In this document: one piece after another, positions 36,210 through 46,300 of the stretch
Numbering within the stretch: position 1 is the first letter of the stretch
Layout of the letters: each line of letters opens with the position of its first letter
NCBI GenBank assembly: GCA_947062475.1
Contig: CAMSQA010000007.1
Location: forward strand, 531 to 64,530
DNA: 64,000 nucleotides
Source: an uncultured Clostridia bacterium
GTDB taxonomy: Bacteria; Bacillota; Clostridia; Christensenellales; UBA1242
Reading direction: 5' to 3'
The notes under the pieces: model-generated
The model's database searches: none
What the model was told of the DNA's origin: nothing
The model's input: the letters and a program-made list of their open reading frames with translations, nothing else
Made by a program: the position numbers and the translations under genes

Positions 36210-37112
36210 ATGGAACTTGTGGTTTTGGCGGGAGGAATAGGCAGCAGATTTGGCGGACTTAAACAACTTTCACCTGTGGACGGAGAGGGTAATTTTATTT
36301 TGGATTTTTCTATATTTGATGCCATAAAAGCGGGATTTAATAAAGTTGTTTTTGTAATAAAAGAAGAAAACTATAAAATTTTCAAAGAGACAATAGGAAA
36401 TCGCATAGAAAAATATATTAAAACGGCATATGTTTTTCAAAATAATGATAATATTCCTGAAAGCTTTAATGTTCCTAAAGAAAGAAGCAAGCCTTTTGGG
36501 ACGGCTCATGCTCTTCTTGCCGCGGAGAAGGATATTGATGAAAACTTTTTGGTAATCAATGCTGACGACTTTTATGGCAGAGAGGCATTTTTTGATGGTG
36601 CAAATTTTTTAAAAAATAAACTAAGCGAAAATGAAAGTTTAATGATATGCTATAAACTCAAGGAGACACTTTCTGATAGTGGCAATGTCAAAAGAGGAAT
36701 TTGTAGTGAGGAAAAAGGAATATTGCAAAAAATTGAAGAACATGAAATAAGTTTAATTGATAAAAATTTAGTTGCTCGAAGTCTAGAAAAAGAACCTTCA
36801 CAATGGAAAAATATAATCGGAAACGAGCTTGTTTCAATGAATATGATAGGCTTTAATAAAGACATTTTTAAATATATCAGCAAGGGCTTTGAAGAATTTT
36901 TGGAGGAAAATAAGGAGGAATTGTCGACTGCTGAATATTTTCTTCCAAGCATGATAAATAAACTTATTAGTGAAAAAAAATTGTTTATGAAAGTGATAAA
37001 AACTGACTCAAAATGGCAGGGTATAACCTTCAAAGAAGATTTAGAAAATTTTAAAAATTTTATAAAAAATGAAAAAATATCGCAAAAATACCCAAAAAAA
37101 TTGTGGAATTAA
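36210..37112 (+). CDS. sugar-phosphate nucleotidyltransferase (NTP_transferase fold)
   Basis: N-terminal LAGGIGSRFGGLKQL signature, FGTAHALL and INADDFYG motifs. 300 aa. Confidence 0.75.
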   Translation: MELVVLAGGIGSRFGGLKQLSPVDGEGNFILDFSIFDAIKAGFNKVVFVIKEENYKIFKETIGNRIEKYIKTAYVFQNNDNIPESFNVPKERSKPFGTAHALLAAEKDIDENFLVINADDFYGREAFFDGANFLKNKLSENESLMICYKLKETLSDSGNVKRGICSEEKGILQKIEEHEISLIDKNLVARSLEKEPSQWKNIIGNELVSMNMIGFNKDIFKYISKGFEEFLEENKEELSTAEYFLPSMINKLISEKKLFMKVIKTDSKWQGITFKEDLENFKNFIKNEKISQKYPKKLWN

Positions 37113-37319
37113 AGCAAATTTGATTAATTTATTGTTAAATTCAATAAAATATCAAAAAATTGCAGTATTTTTGTGAAGTATAAATATCTAAAAATATTCA
37201 TATATTAAAAATAGAAAAAATAAACCAAAATTATCTTTTTTTGAAAAAAATCAAAAAAATGTCGATAATTGTTTTGTTTTTAAAGGAAGTTATGCTAAAA
37301 TACCTTTAAGGAGCTTTTA

Positions 37320-37601
37320 ATGAAAAGTTTTGTTTACCCAGCTATTTTCATCAAAGATAAAGAAGATGAAATGTATCGCGTTCTTATTCCTGATTTAGAA
37401 CTTACAACAGATGGTGCTTTTATGGAAGAAGCATATCTTTATGCGAAAGCTATGCTTAAAGCATATTTTTCTTATATTGATAAATATGAACTTGACTTTA
37501 ATTTACCAACTGACTTTGAGACTGTCAAAAAGTCTTGTGATAAAGATGATATAGTTATGCTTCTTGATACCGAAATTGAAGTAAATGACAAAGCTTTATA
37601 A
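37320..37601 (+). CDS. HicB-like (UPF0150) protein, orphan
   Basis: FVYPAIFIKDKEDEMYRVLIPDLELTTDGAFMEEAYLYAKAMLKAYF matches the HicB N-terminal fold pattern. No HicA gene and no DNA-binding extension nearby. Confidence 0.6.
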   Translation: MKSFVYPAIFIKDKEDEMYRVLIPDLELTTDGAFMEEAYLYAKAMLKAYFSYIDKYELDFNLPTDFETVKKSCDKDDIVMLLDTEIEVNDKAL

Positions 37602-37656
37602 GTCAAATTTTGACATAAAAATATTAAATAAAAATAGATTTAAATTAAAAAAACAG

Positions 37657-37685
37657 TTGACATTTCTGCTTTTATATGATAGAAT
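37657..37685 (+). promoter_or_regulatory. promoter of the rpmG-secE-nusG operon
   Basis: TTGACA (37657-37662), a 17-nt spacer, then TGaTAGAAT (-10 at 37680-37685). Confidence 0.7.
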
Positions 37686-37735
37686 ATGACTAACATCTCT
37701 TGTGGGGTGTTAGTTTTTTTGTTAGGAGAAGAATT

Positions 37736-37897
37736 ATGGCATTACCAAAACGCAAAAATATTATCTTGGCTTGCACAGAATGTCAAGAAAGAAATTATGC
37801 TACAAGCAAAAATACATCAGCAAATCCTGAAAGAATTGAGATTACAAAATTTTGTTCAAGATGCGGAAAAAGAACTGTTCATAAAGAAACAAAATAA
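37736..37897 (+). CDS. rpmG: 50S ribosomal protein L33
   Basis: [53 protein letters not shown], with AGGAG 7 nt upstream. The track ORF start is too long. Confidence 0.9.
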   Translation: MALPKRKNIILACTECQERNYATSKNTSANPERIEITKFCSRCGKRTVHKETK

Positions 37898-37908
37898 TCG
37901 GAGGTTTT

Positions 37909-38253
37909 ATGTCTAAAAAGAAAAACAACAACCAGACCAAATTCAATGAACAGGCTGGCTTGCAAACAAAAGACAGCGAAAAAACCGAAAAAGTCAAACA
38001 AAGCGAGATCAAAAACTCTAAGTCTCAAAAAAATGCAAAAAAAGCCAAAAAAGAAAAAAAAGACAAGGGTAGCCTTAAAAGAAAGGCAAGAGAAACAGTG
38101 GCTGAACTTAAAAATGTCACTTGGCCTACTTTTGGTGAAGTTTGCAAAAGAACGGGCGTTGTTTTAGTAGTAGTGCTCGTTTTTGCAGTGATTATTTTTG
38201 GCATGGATTATGGTTTAGGAGCACTTATGACGCTCCTAACTAAGAGGGGATAA
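37909..38253 (+). CDS. secE: preprotein translocase subunit SecE
   Basis: Lys-rich N-terminus, then VTWPT and a single TM (VVLVVVLVFAVIIFGMDYGLG). Position between rpmG and nusG. Confidence 0.85.
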   Translation: MSKKKNNNQTKFNEQAGLQTKDSEKTEKVKQSEIKNSKSQKNAKKAKKEKKDKGSLKRKARETVAELKNVTWPTFGEVCKRTGVVLVVVLVFAVIIFGMDYGLGALMTLLTKRG

Positions 38254-38264
38254 AGGTGGCTTAT

Positions 38265-38915
38265 ATGGAAGAAAAAGATTTAATTGCACCTGAAATGGCA
38301 GGTGAAACTGAATTAGAAAACAATCAATCAACCGCTTTGTCAGAAGAAAAAGAACTTAGTGATGACGAAATCGCTTATAAAGAGTTTGTTGACAGCTTAG
38401 AGGCAAAATGGTATGTTCTTCACACTTTTTCTGGTTATGAAAATGTTGCGAAAGAAAATCTTGAAACAGTTATTGAAAAATTTAATCTTAAAGATAGAAT
38501 TTTTGAAATCGTCATTCCAATGGAAGATGTTGTTGAAGAAAAGAATGGCAAGAAAAAACTTGTTCAACGCAAAGCAATGCCTTGTTATATCCTCGTAAAA
38601 ATGAAATATGCTGATGATCTTTGGCATAATGTAATTTACACTCGTGGTATCACAGGCTTTGTTGGTCCAAAGGGACGACCTCTTGCTCTTACTGAAGAAG
38701 AAGTGATAAAGCTTAGACTTGAAAAAATCAAAGTTGAAGTTGATATCATGCCAGGAGATAATGTTGAAATTATTGAAGGTGCACTCAACAGCATGATTGG
38801 AAAGGTTCAATCTGTCAATGTTGAAGAAGGTGTTGCTTCTGTAAGTGTTGAGATGTTTGGACGCGATACTATCGTTGATGTTCAATTATCACAGATTCAT
38901 AAAATCAATGCTTAA
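38265..38915 (+). CDS. nusG: transcription termination/antitermination factor NusG
   Basis: NGN domain (WYVLHTFSGYENVAKENLE) and KOW motif (GDNVEIIEGALNSMIGKV). ATG 38265 has AAGGTGG upstream; GTG 38256 is an alternative start. Confidence 0.9.
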   Translation: MEEKDLIAPEMAGETELENNQSTALSEEKELSDDEIAYKEFVDSLEAKWYVLHTFSGYENVAKENLETVIEKFNLKDRIFEIVIPMEDVVEEKNGKKKLVQRKAMPCYILVKMKYADDLWHNVIYTRGITGFVGPKGRPLALTEEEVIKLRLEKIKVEVDIMPGDNVEIIEGALNSMIGKVQSVNVEEGVASVSVEMFGRDTIVDVQLSQIHKINA

Positions 38916-39051
38916 ATATAATTTTTAAAAATTTTTAAATCTGTGCCCCAAATCAGCAGAAAGTAGGGCACAAAATGAAAACAGAGTTTTCATAAATAAG
39001 TGGGAGAACGGCATTCTGCACTCGTTCACATCACCACAAAAGGAGGAAAAA

Positions 39052-39480
39052 ATGGCAGAAAAGAAAATTACAGCAGTTGTAAAATTACAACTCGAAGCTG
39101 GTAAAGCCACTCCTGGACCTCCAGTTGGTTCAACTCTTGGACCTCATGGAATCAATCTAGGTGCGTTTACCAAAGAATTTAATGAGAAGACAGCTTCTCA
39201 AGCAGGACTTATCATTCCTGTAGTAGTGACTATCTATGCAGATAGAAGTTTCTCATTCGTGCTCAAAACCCCACCAGCAGCCATTCTTATTAAGAAGGCA
39301 ATTGGACTTGACAAGGGTTCTGCAGTGCCACACAAAACAAAAGTCGGACAAATCACTAAAGCTCAAATCAGACAAATCGCTGAAACTAAGATGCCAGATC
39401 TCAACTGCACATCTATTGAAGCTGCAATGTCTATGATAGCTGGTGCCGCTCGTAGTATGGGCGTTACTGTAATAGACTAA
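39052..39480 (+). CDS. rplK: 50S ribosomal protein L11
   Basis: [26 protein letters not shown] signature. 142 aa. Confidence 0.97.
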   Translation: MAEKKITAVVKLQLEAGKATPGPPVGSTLGPHGINLGAFTKEFNEKTASQAGLIIPVVVTIYADRSFSFVLKTPPAAILIKKAIGLDKGSAVPHKTKVGQITKAQIRQIAETKMPDLNCTSIEAAMSMIAGAARSMGVTVID

Positions 39481-39491
39481 GGAGGCGATTT

Positions 39492-40175
39492 ATGAAGAAA
39501 GTAGCAAAAAAATATGCTCAAGCTGTAAGCATGGTTGAACAAAAAGCCTATGATATCAACAGTGGACTTGACACTCTATTGTCACTTCCAAAAGCTAAGT
39601 TTGATGAAAGTGTAGAACTTCACGTTAGACTTGGTGTTGATGGTAAGAATGCTGACCAACAAGTTCGTGGTGTGTGCGTTCTTCCTCATGGAACTGGTAA
39701 AAATGTTCGTATTCTTGTTATCGCAAAGGGTGACAAGGCTGACGAGGCTGTAAAAGCAGGTGCTGACTATGTTGGTGCTGAAGAAATCGTTGCAAAGATT
39801 CAAGGCGGATGGCTTGATTTTGATGTTTGTATCACAACTCCTGATATGATGGGTGTGGTTGGAAGAGTGGCAAGAGTTTTAGGACCAAAAGGTCTTATGC
39901 CAAACCCAAAGAGTGGAACTGTAACTATGGATGTAGTGAAAGCAATCACTGATGCGAAAGCCGGTAAGGTTGAATACAGACTTGATAAAACAAACAACGT
40001 TCACGTAATATTAGGAAAGGTTAGCTTTGGCAAAGAAAAACTTATTGACAACTTCAATACAGTCATCGAAGCACTTATCAAAGCTAAGCCAGCAGCAGCA
40101 AAAGGTCAATATTTCAAAAATGTGACTATTGCTTCAACTATGGGACCAGGACTTAAGATAAACGTAACAATGTAA
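39492..40175 (+). CDS. rplA: 50S ribosomal protein L1
   Basis: [22 protein letters not shown] and [16 protein letters not shown] motifs. 227 aa. Confidence 0.97.
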   Translation: MKKVAKKYAQAVSMVEQKAYDINSGLDTLLSLPKAKFDESVELHVRLGVDGKNADQQVRGVCVLPHGTGKNVRILVIAKGDKADEAVKAGADYVGAEEIVAKIQGGWLDFDVCITTPDMMGVVGRVARVLGPKGLMPNPKSGTVTMDVVKAITDAKAGKVEYRLDKTNNVHVILGKVSFGKEKLIDNFNTVIEALIKAKPAAAKGQYFKNVTIASTMGPGLKINVTM

Positions 40176-40180
40176 TAAGC

Positions 40181-40211
40181 AAAAACACACCATATGATGG
40201 TGTGTTTTTTT
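40181..40211 (+). terminator. rplA terminator
   Basis: AAAAACACACCAT-AT-GATGGTGTGTTTTTTT. Confidence 0.8.
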
Positions 40212-40274
40212 ATAAACTAAAATAAAAGGAGCAAAACGAAAGTTTTTTATTCTTCATCAAAGATTTTCAGTGAT

Positions 40275-40307
40275 TAAAAAAACATCTCTTTAATAGAGAT
40301 GCTTTTT
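40275..40307 (-). terminator. terminator of the giant surface-protein gene
   Basis: On the minus strand: AAAAAAGCATCTCT-ATTAA-AGAGATGTTTTTTT. Confidence 0.75.
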
Positions 40308-40330
40308 TAATATTTGAATTATTACAAGTT

Positions 40331-43300
40331 TTATTTTACCTTTTGACGCTTTCTGAGAGCAATTGTTATACCTATGACAGCTGCAACTGCGATAACACCA
40401 ATTACGATTGCAATGATTGCAAAAACGTTGAGTGGTTCAGATCTTACAACTTTATAAGAGTATAACAGATGACCGCTTGCAGTGTAAAGTTGGATATAAT
40501 AAGTTCCTGAAAGGGTAATGGTAATTTTTTCATTTTCTCCATAACTTGAAAGGTTTTCTGATGTGTAATCTCTTCTCAAATTTGAAATGAGCAGATAGCA
40601 ATCACCAACAGTATCATACAAGTTTTGGACATTGAATGAAACTATTATATCTTTGGTAGTTTTATCTCCTTCAGCAAGTGAAACACTGATAGGAGGGTTT
40701 GCAGTATTAATCCAAAATTCAAATTCAAAAGATGAGCCAAGTGTGTTTATCATTTCTTTGTCGTTGATATTTATTTTAATTTTATATCTTCCACTTCCTG
40801 TTTTTTCATCAAGATAATTGATGGTCAGAGCAGATAAGTATTCTTTCCCATCAATGTTTATTGTTGGGAAATTGGAGATTTCAATAAGTGAGTCTGTGAT
40901 ATCATGTCCATTCTTTTCAATTCTTTCAATAAAATATTGACTATATCCAGAAAATTCATAAGCATATCTTGATTCATTCTTATTTAGAATAGTAAAGCTA
41001 TATTCTTCTGTTCTGACTGGCACACCTGTAATTGAAGTAGCATTGAATGTAATTGTATAGAATCCTGCTTCCTCAAAAGTATAGATATTATTTGAAGATG
41101 TGAAACCGCTATAATCTTTTCCATTTCTCTTGACGCTGATTGTTGGCATCCTAGAAGGTTGATAATAGGATGAAAGATTTGTTGGTCTTATTATGACAGT
41201 GCTGTTGTATACTGCCTTTTGGATAGGCTCGGTAATTACATTTTCGCCTGCTTCATTTAAACTTGATACTGTGAATGGAACATGGCTAAGGAAAATTACA
41301 TCAATATAACTGCTTGTTTTAAACATTTGCACATTTGCAGGTGAACATGAGTCGAAAATTTTGATTTTATAAGTGCCAGGTTCATTTAAATAAACATAAG
41401 AATCAATTTTATCTTCATAAATCAAACTATTGATTGTTACATATTCGCCATTAAATAATTTAGTAATTTCTATATTTATTTTGTTTGCCTCAATTCCATA
41501 ATAGCTTGAGAAATTAAGTTTAAGTTTATTAAAGCTTGTATCGGTATCTTTATTTGCTACAATCACAACAGATCTTTCATCTTTAATTGAAGAAGTTGTG
41601 CCAGTTGGTGTTTCATAGTTGAATGTGCTTATTATATTGTTGGTTTGTGCAATATAGATGATGGTAAAGTTGCCTGTTGATTCGCTGCAGCTGTAATAAT
41701 AAATTTCAACAGTGACATTGCTTCCTGTGCTTTCAACAGTTGGTTGTGAAAGTTGAACATTTGCTTTTTCATTTGTTGTAATTTTGATACGATTATTTTT
41801 ATCAGCATAATCAACGCTTACTATATAATTTGTTTCAATGGTTTTATTATCAAGGGTAGTGTATTTTACATCACTCTTTTCAACATTTAAACCATCTACA
41901 GTAATGTAATAATAAGAGTTTGAGCTATCAAGGATTGAAATCTTGTAAATCTTGCAAAGATCTGTGAATACATCTTCGCTGTCATATTTGATAAATATCG
42001 TGTAGTCACCAATACCAGAAATAGTGTAACCGCTTGTTTCAGATGTCAAGCTGTTGATGTTGACCCAAGTTTGTTCATTATCGTTTGAGATATAAACGCT
42101 ATAACCATAACCAGTTTCGTAATTAAACTTAGAATTAAAGTTGAGGTTTTGACCATTAAAGAAACGAACAGTCACATTTTCAGAATAAGTTGTTATATTT
42201 TCTGATGTTGCATAATAATTTTTTCCATTGAAGTTTATATGTGTATTTGGAACAATACCAATACTTGATTCTTCAATAGGTTGCTGATTTTTATCATTAA
42301 AGATAATTCCACCAGAAAATACTTCATTTGCATAGGATGTTCTGAAAGGAAGTTTATTATAAATTCTTAAATGAGAAGATTTAATTATGTTTTCGCTTTC
42401 CACATCTCTGACTTCAATTCTATAATAATCATCATAGAAATTTTCTTGAGTAGGGTCAAATCTAAATGTGCAAAGATTTGTAGAAGAATTAATATTTGAG
42501 GTAATCTCACTTGTCACATCAATTCCATCCCTATTAAGCACTTTTATACTATAAAGAAGTGTGTTAAAAGTGTAATTGATAGTATGTGATGAAAGATATG
42601 TGATTGTTCCATCATTTTCATAGAGTTCATAAACTGTATTAGTTCCAGTTACTTCACGATAACTTACTTCATTTGCAAGTTGAATGATAGTGGTTGTATT
42701 TCCAAAGTTATCAATTATGTCATAACGAACTTTTTGTGCCGAATTTGCACCTAAATTTATTGCAACTTGAAGGGTAGTGCCTCCAGTCAATGTTTTAAAT
42801 GATACATAAGACATTGCTGAAATAAATTCTTCATCTGGGGTCCAAGTTCCATAGATATTTTGATTTGCCTGCATTATTATATTCCACTTATTTTCTGCTG
42901 TTGAGCTGCTATTAAATTGTGAAATAGTAATTTTTGTAGGATAAACATATCCTGTTGTTTCACTTGCCGCCTGAGCTGTGGTAGGCACGCTTATATTAAG
43001 TATCGCTGAAGTTTTTGTAGGATCTTCAACTTTTTGTGTATTTAAAGTCGCATCCATGACAGTTATGAATATTTGTGAAAACTGTCCAGTTATTCTATCT
43101 GAAAGAACCATTTTATGCTTGTTTGGAGATGAAACTACGTTTTCAAATAATGAAGAAAGTGTTTTAATAGTGAAATTTACACCGCTTGAAGTAAATGAAA
43201 TTTGATAAACTTGATTCTCGTCAAGCCAAGGCGATTTCATATAACGAACTAAGCCTTCACCAGGATGGGTAAGCGTAAAATATTCCCAATTATCAGAATT

Positions 43301-46300
43301 ATAGTTTATTTCGTTGATTGTAAATCCACTGTTTGAGAAGATGTTGAATCCATTTTCTATTTTGCCATTTTCAATGTTGATTTCATCTTTCATTATTTCA
43401 TTTGTATAAGAAATAGCACTGTTTGTTTCTTCTATATCATTTAAACCAGCAGAAAGTTGCACAATATAAACGGTCATATTTCTTGCATAGTCTAGTTCTA
43501 CAATTTCGTAATAACCATAATTAAGACCGCTAATTTCTTCATCTGTAGGGATAAATCTATAAACTCTTTCAGAGAATGAATTTTTGTCAACTTGAGTATA
43601 ATTTTTCAAGTTGTCAATTTCGCGATAGTAAATTGCTTGAGTTTCATAAGGATTGTTTGAAGAATTTAATAGAGTTGAAACAAGAGTTTCAGTGAAGAAG
43701 TCTTTTGAGACGTTGAAACTAAAGTATTTGAAATAACCATTGTCAACATTGTATGAATAACTTGCTTCTTGTATAGTAGAAGTGGTCACATTTTCAATTT
43801 CTTCATTTTTGTAATCATAATATTTACGCATTGTCATCAACTGATAATTGGATGTAAACGCACTGTCAGTTGCATTTTCTGTCATAAACATCAAATTTTG
43901 CAAATTTTGAGAAGGCGAAACTTTATCAAAATAAATTCTTTTTGTTATAGAAGAATAATATTCTCGATTGAAACCTTCAAACTGCATAGTAATTTCAAGA
44001 TAAAGATCTTTTATGTTGCTTTTAATGAAATTTTCAGTATTGATTGTAAATGATTTTGAATTTCCATCAGATGAAATATTATTTCGTGTGTCAGTAAATG
44101 ATATTTGAGAATTGCTTGACTTTATTGTTATTTTATTTTCATCTATTTTTGCCTCATATTCACTCTCTGGTATTTGCCATTGAATTGTAAGCAAGTCTGA
44201 ATTTGTATAATAGGTTGTTGCTGATTCTTTTGTGCTATTTAAAAGATAACCATCAGACCCTTTGATTTCAAAATCAGGAGTTTGTGAAGTGATTTCAAAA
44301 CCGAATTTATAAAGGCTGAAAAACTCACTTGTGTTGCCAATATTAGAAGCCTGATAAATTGTGACAATATAATTTCCTTTTTTATAGAAATTGTTTACAG
44401 GAGATGTTTTATCAATGTTTCCATTTTTTCCACTGGAAGGGTAGAACAAGAGATATCCATTTTCTTGTGAGCCATCAGAGTAGTAATACTTTTCAACCTC
44501 TCTGTTGTTTTCAACAACTCTTGCATAGATTTCAGCAAATATTTGATATTCTTCAATGGCGGTTGAATTGATATAATTTAATGCGTCAATTTCTTTATTA
44601 AAACTTTCAATAAGTGCACCTTCGACATAAACATCATAAGTTCTGCTTTGAGAATTGTATTTGTAATAAGCATTACCATAGTATGAAAGGTTATCATTTT
44701 TGTTTAAATTATAATCTTTGACTCCGTTGGCATTGACTGAATCTACACTAGAAATGGTATATTTATATTTTGGAATATAAAGTGAAATTGGAAGCTTATT
44801 TCCGCTTATCGCCACACTTTGAATGCTGTCATTTTCTTTATAGTTTTCTTTTGAATAGAATGACCCTGAATTTAATCCATTTTGATTATATTTAGGGAAA
44901 GAAATTTCTATTGAAGAATTGTTTCCGCTGTAAAAACTTAATAATATATCGCCGCCAACTAAACTTTCAAGTGAAGAAATGATGTTTCCATTTTCATCTC
45001 TTAAAGCTTCGCCATTTTCATCAACGGCAGTCACAGGTTCAAGTTTGCTTATCAGCCCCTTATTATCAATTATGATTGAAATAGTGCGTCTAAAGAAATC
45101 ATTTTTTGAATTGGCTTCATTTTGAGAATTTTCTTTATAAGTTCTTTCAAATACATATTTTCCAGCTAGAGGAGTGGTGCTTGATCCAAGTGCCAAACTA
45201 AATTCTTCTGTTTCTCCAGTTTCATATTTTCTATCTGAAGAAGTAAAAACATTCATTGTTTGAGAAGGTTTATCTTGAAGGTCATAATAGTAATAATAGT
45301 TGTTGTTGTTTGGATATTTCTTCAATTTAGGGACAAAAGGATAGTAAGTTAAAACAATACTTTGAAGTTCTGAGCCATTGTCTGCAACAGGAATGTATGA
45401 AAGCTTTAATTCTTGTTTTGCAGTTGTAGGAGAGTAATATGAAAATTTGTATTTATATTCGCTTCTAAAATTTTCTTCTCCTTCTATGTGTGAGTATGTG
45501 ATATTTCCATTTTCATCTCTTAAACCGAATAGATCTCCCACTAAACTGAAACTTGAGAAGTCAAGGACTTCATTTTTGGAATTTTTAAGCATCATTTGAG
45601 ATGCATCAGCTGTCACATTGAAAGAAACATAACCGCTTGGATAGTTTTTGTAAAGGATTTCTTCATTGTCGGCGAAATAGGTGTTTGATGCGTCACGAAT
45701 GAGAATTTTAAAGGTTTTATTATCAGCAATTACATTTCCTTTATCGTCATAGAATTTGATATCATATCTATATTTATCATGGTCTTGAATAGGAAGGACA
45801 GGTTTGAAATTTGAGCTGTCTCCATCCTTAAGATAGTATTTTTCATTTATATCAATTACAAGATAATAACCGTTGAAAGTATCAATTCCAGTCTCATTAT
45901 TTGGTAACACAGTGATTTCTCTTAGATTTGTAATATTTTTATTGTTGGTTTTCTTGAAAAATTCAGCTACTTTTTCGTTAAGTTTCTCTTTTGCATTTGC
46001 CACATCAACGCCATATTGATATGGTTTGATATTTAAAATATCGTCAATATTTTCAAGATATAAAGCTTTTTGCTTTGACCATACAATTGACATAAAGGTA
46101 TCTATTGGTGGCACTGGTAAGCACTCATTATTTTTAAATATGCTTCTTATAATATTGCCGTTATCCACTTCTTGTATAAATACAGGAGTAGAGGAGTCAA
46201 TTAGATAGATCATAAATGATGAGTTGCCAGCTTGGTCATACACTTCAAGTATATAGAAACCATCATTTGATTTAACATAAGTTGAAGGAATAGTTGTATT

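Noticed and set aside
37686-38167. Track ORFs 37686-37916 and 37946-38167, which overlap rpmG and secE in other frames.
   Set aside because: They overlap recognisable ribosomal and translocase genes, and their translations are Lys-rich frame-shadow products of the same A-rich sequence.
38916-39051. Structured leader between nusG and rplK (GTGCCC...GGGCAC and ATGAAAAC-AGA-GTTTTCAT hairpins), considered as an L1-binding autoregulatory element.
   Set aside because: Hairpins are visible, but I cannot match them to the 23S rRNA L1-stalk mimic by eye. A covariance-model search would be needed, so I did not report it as a feature.
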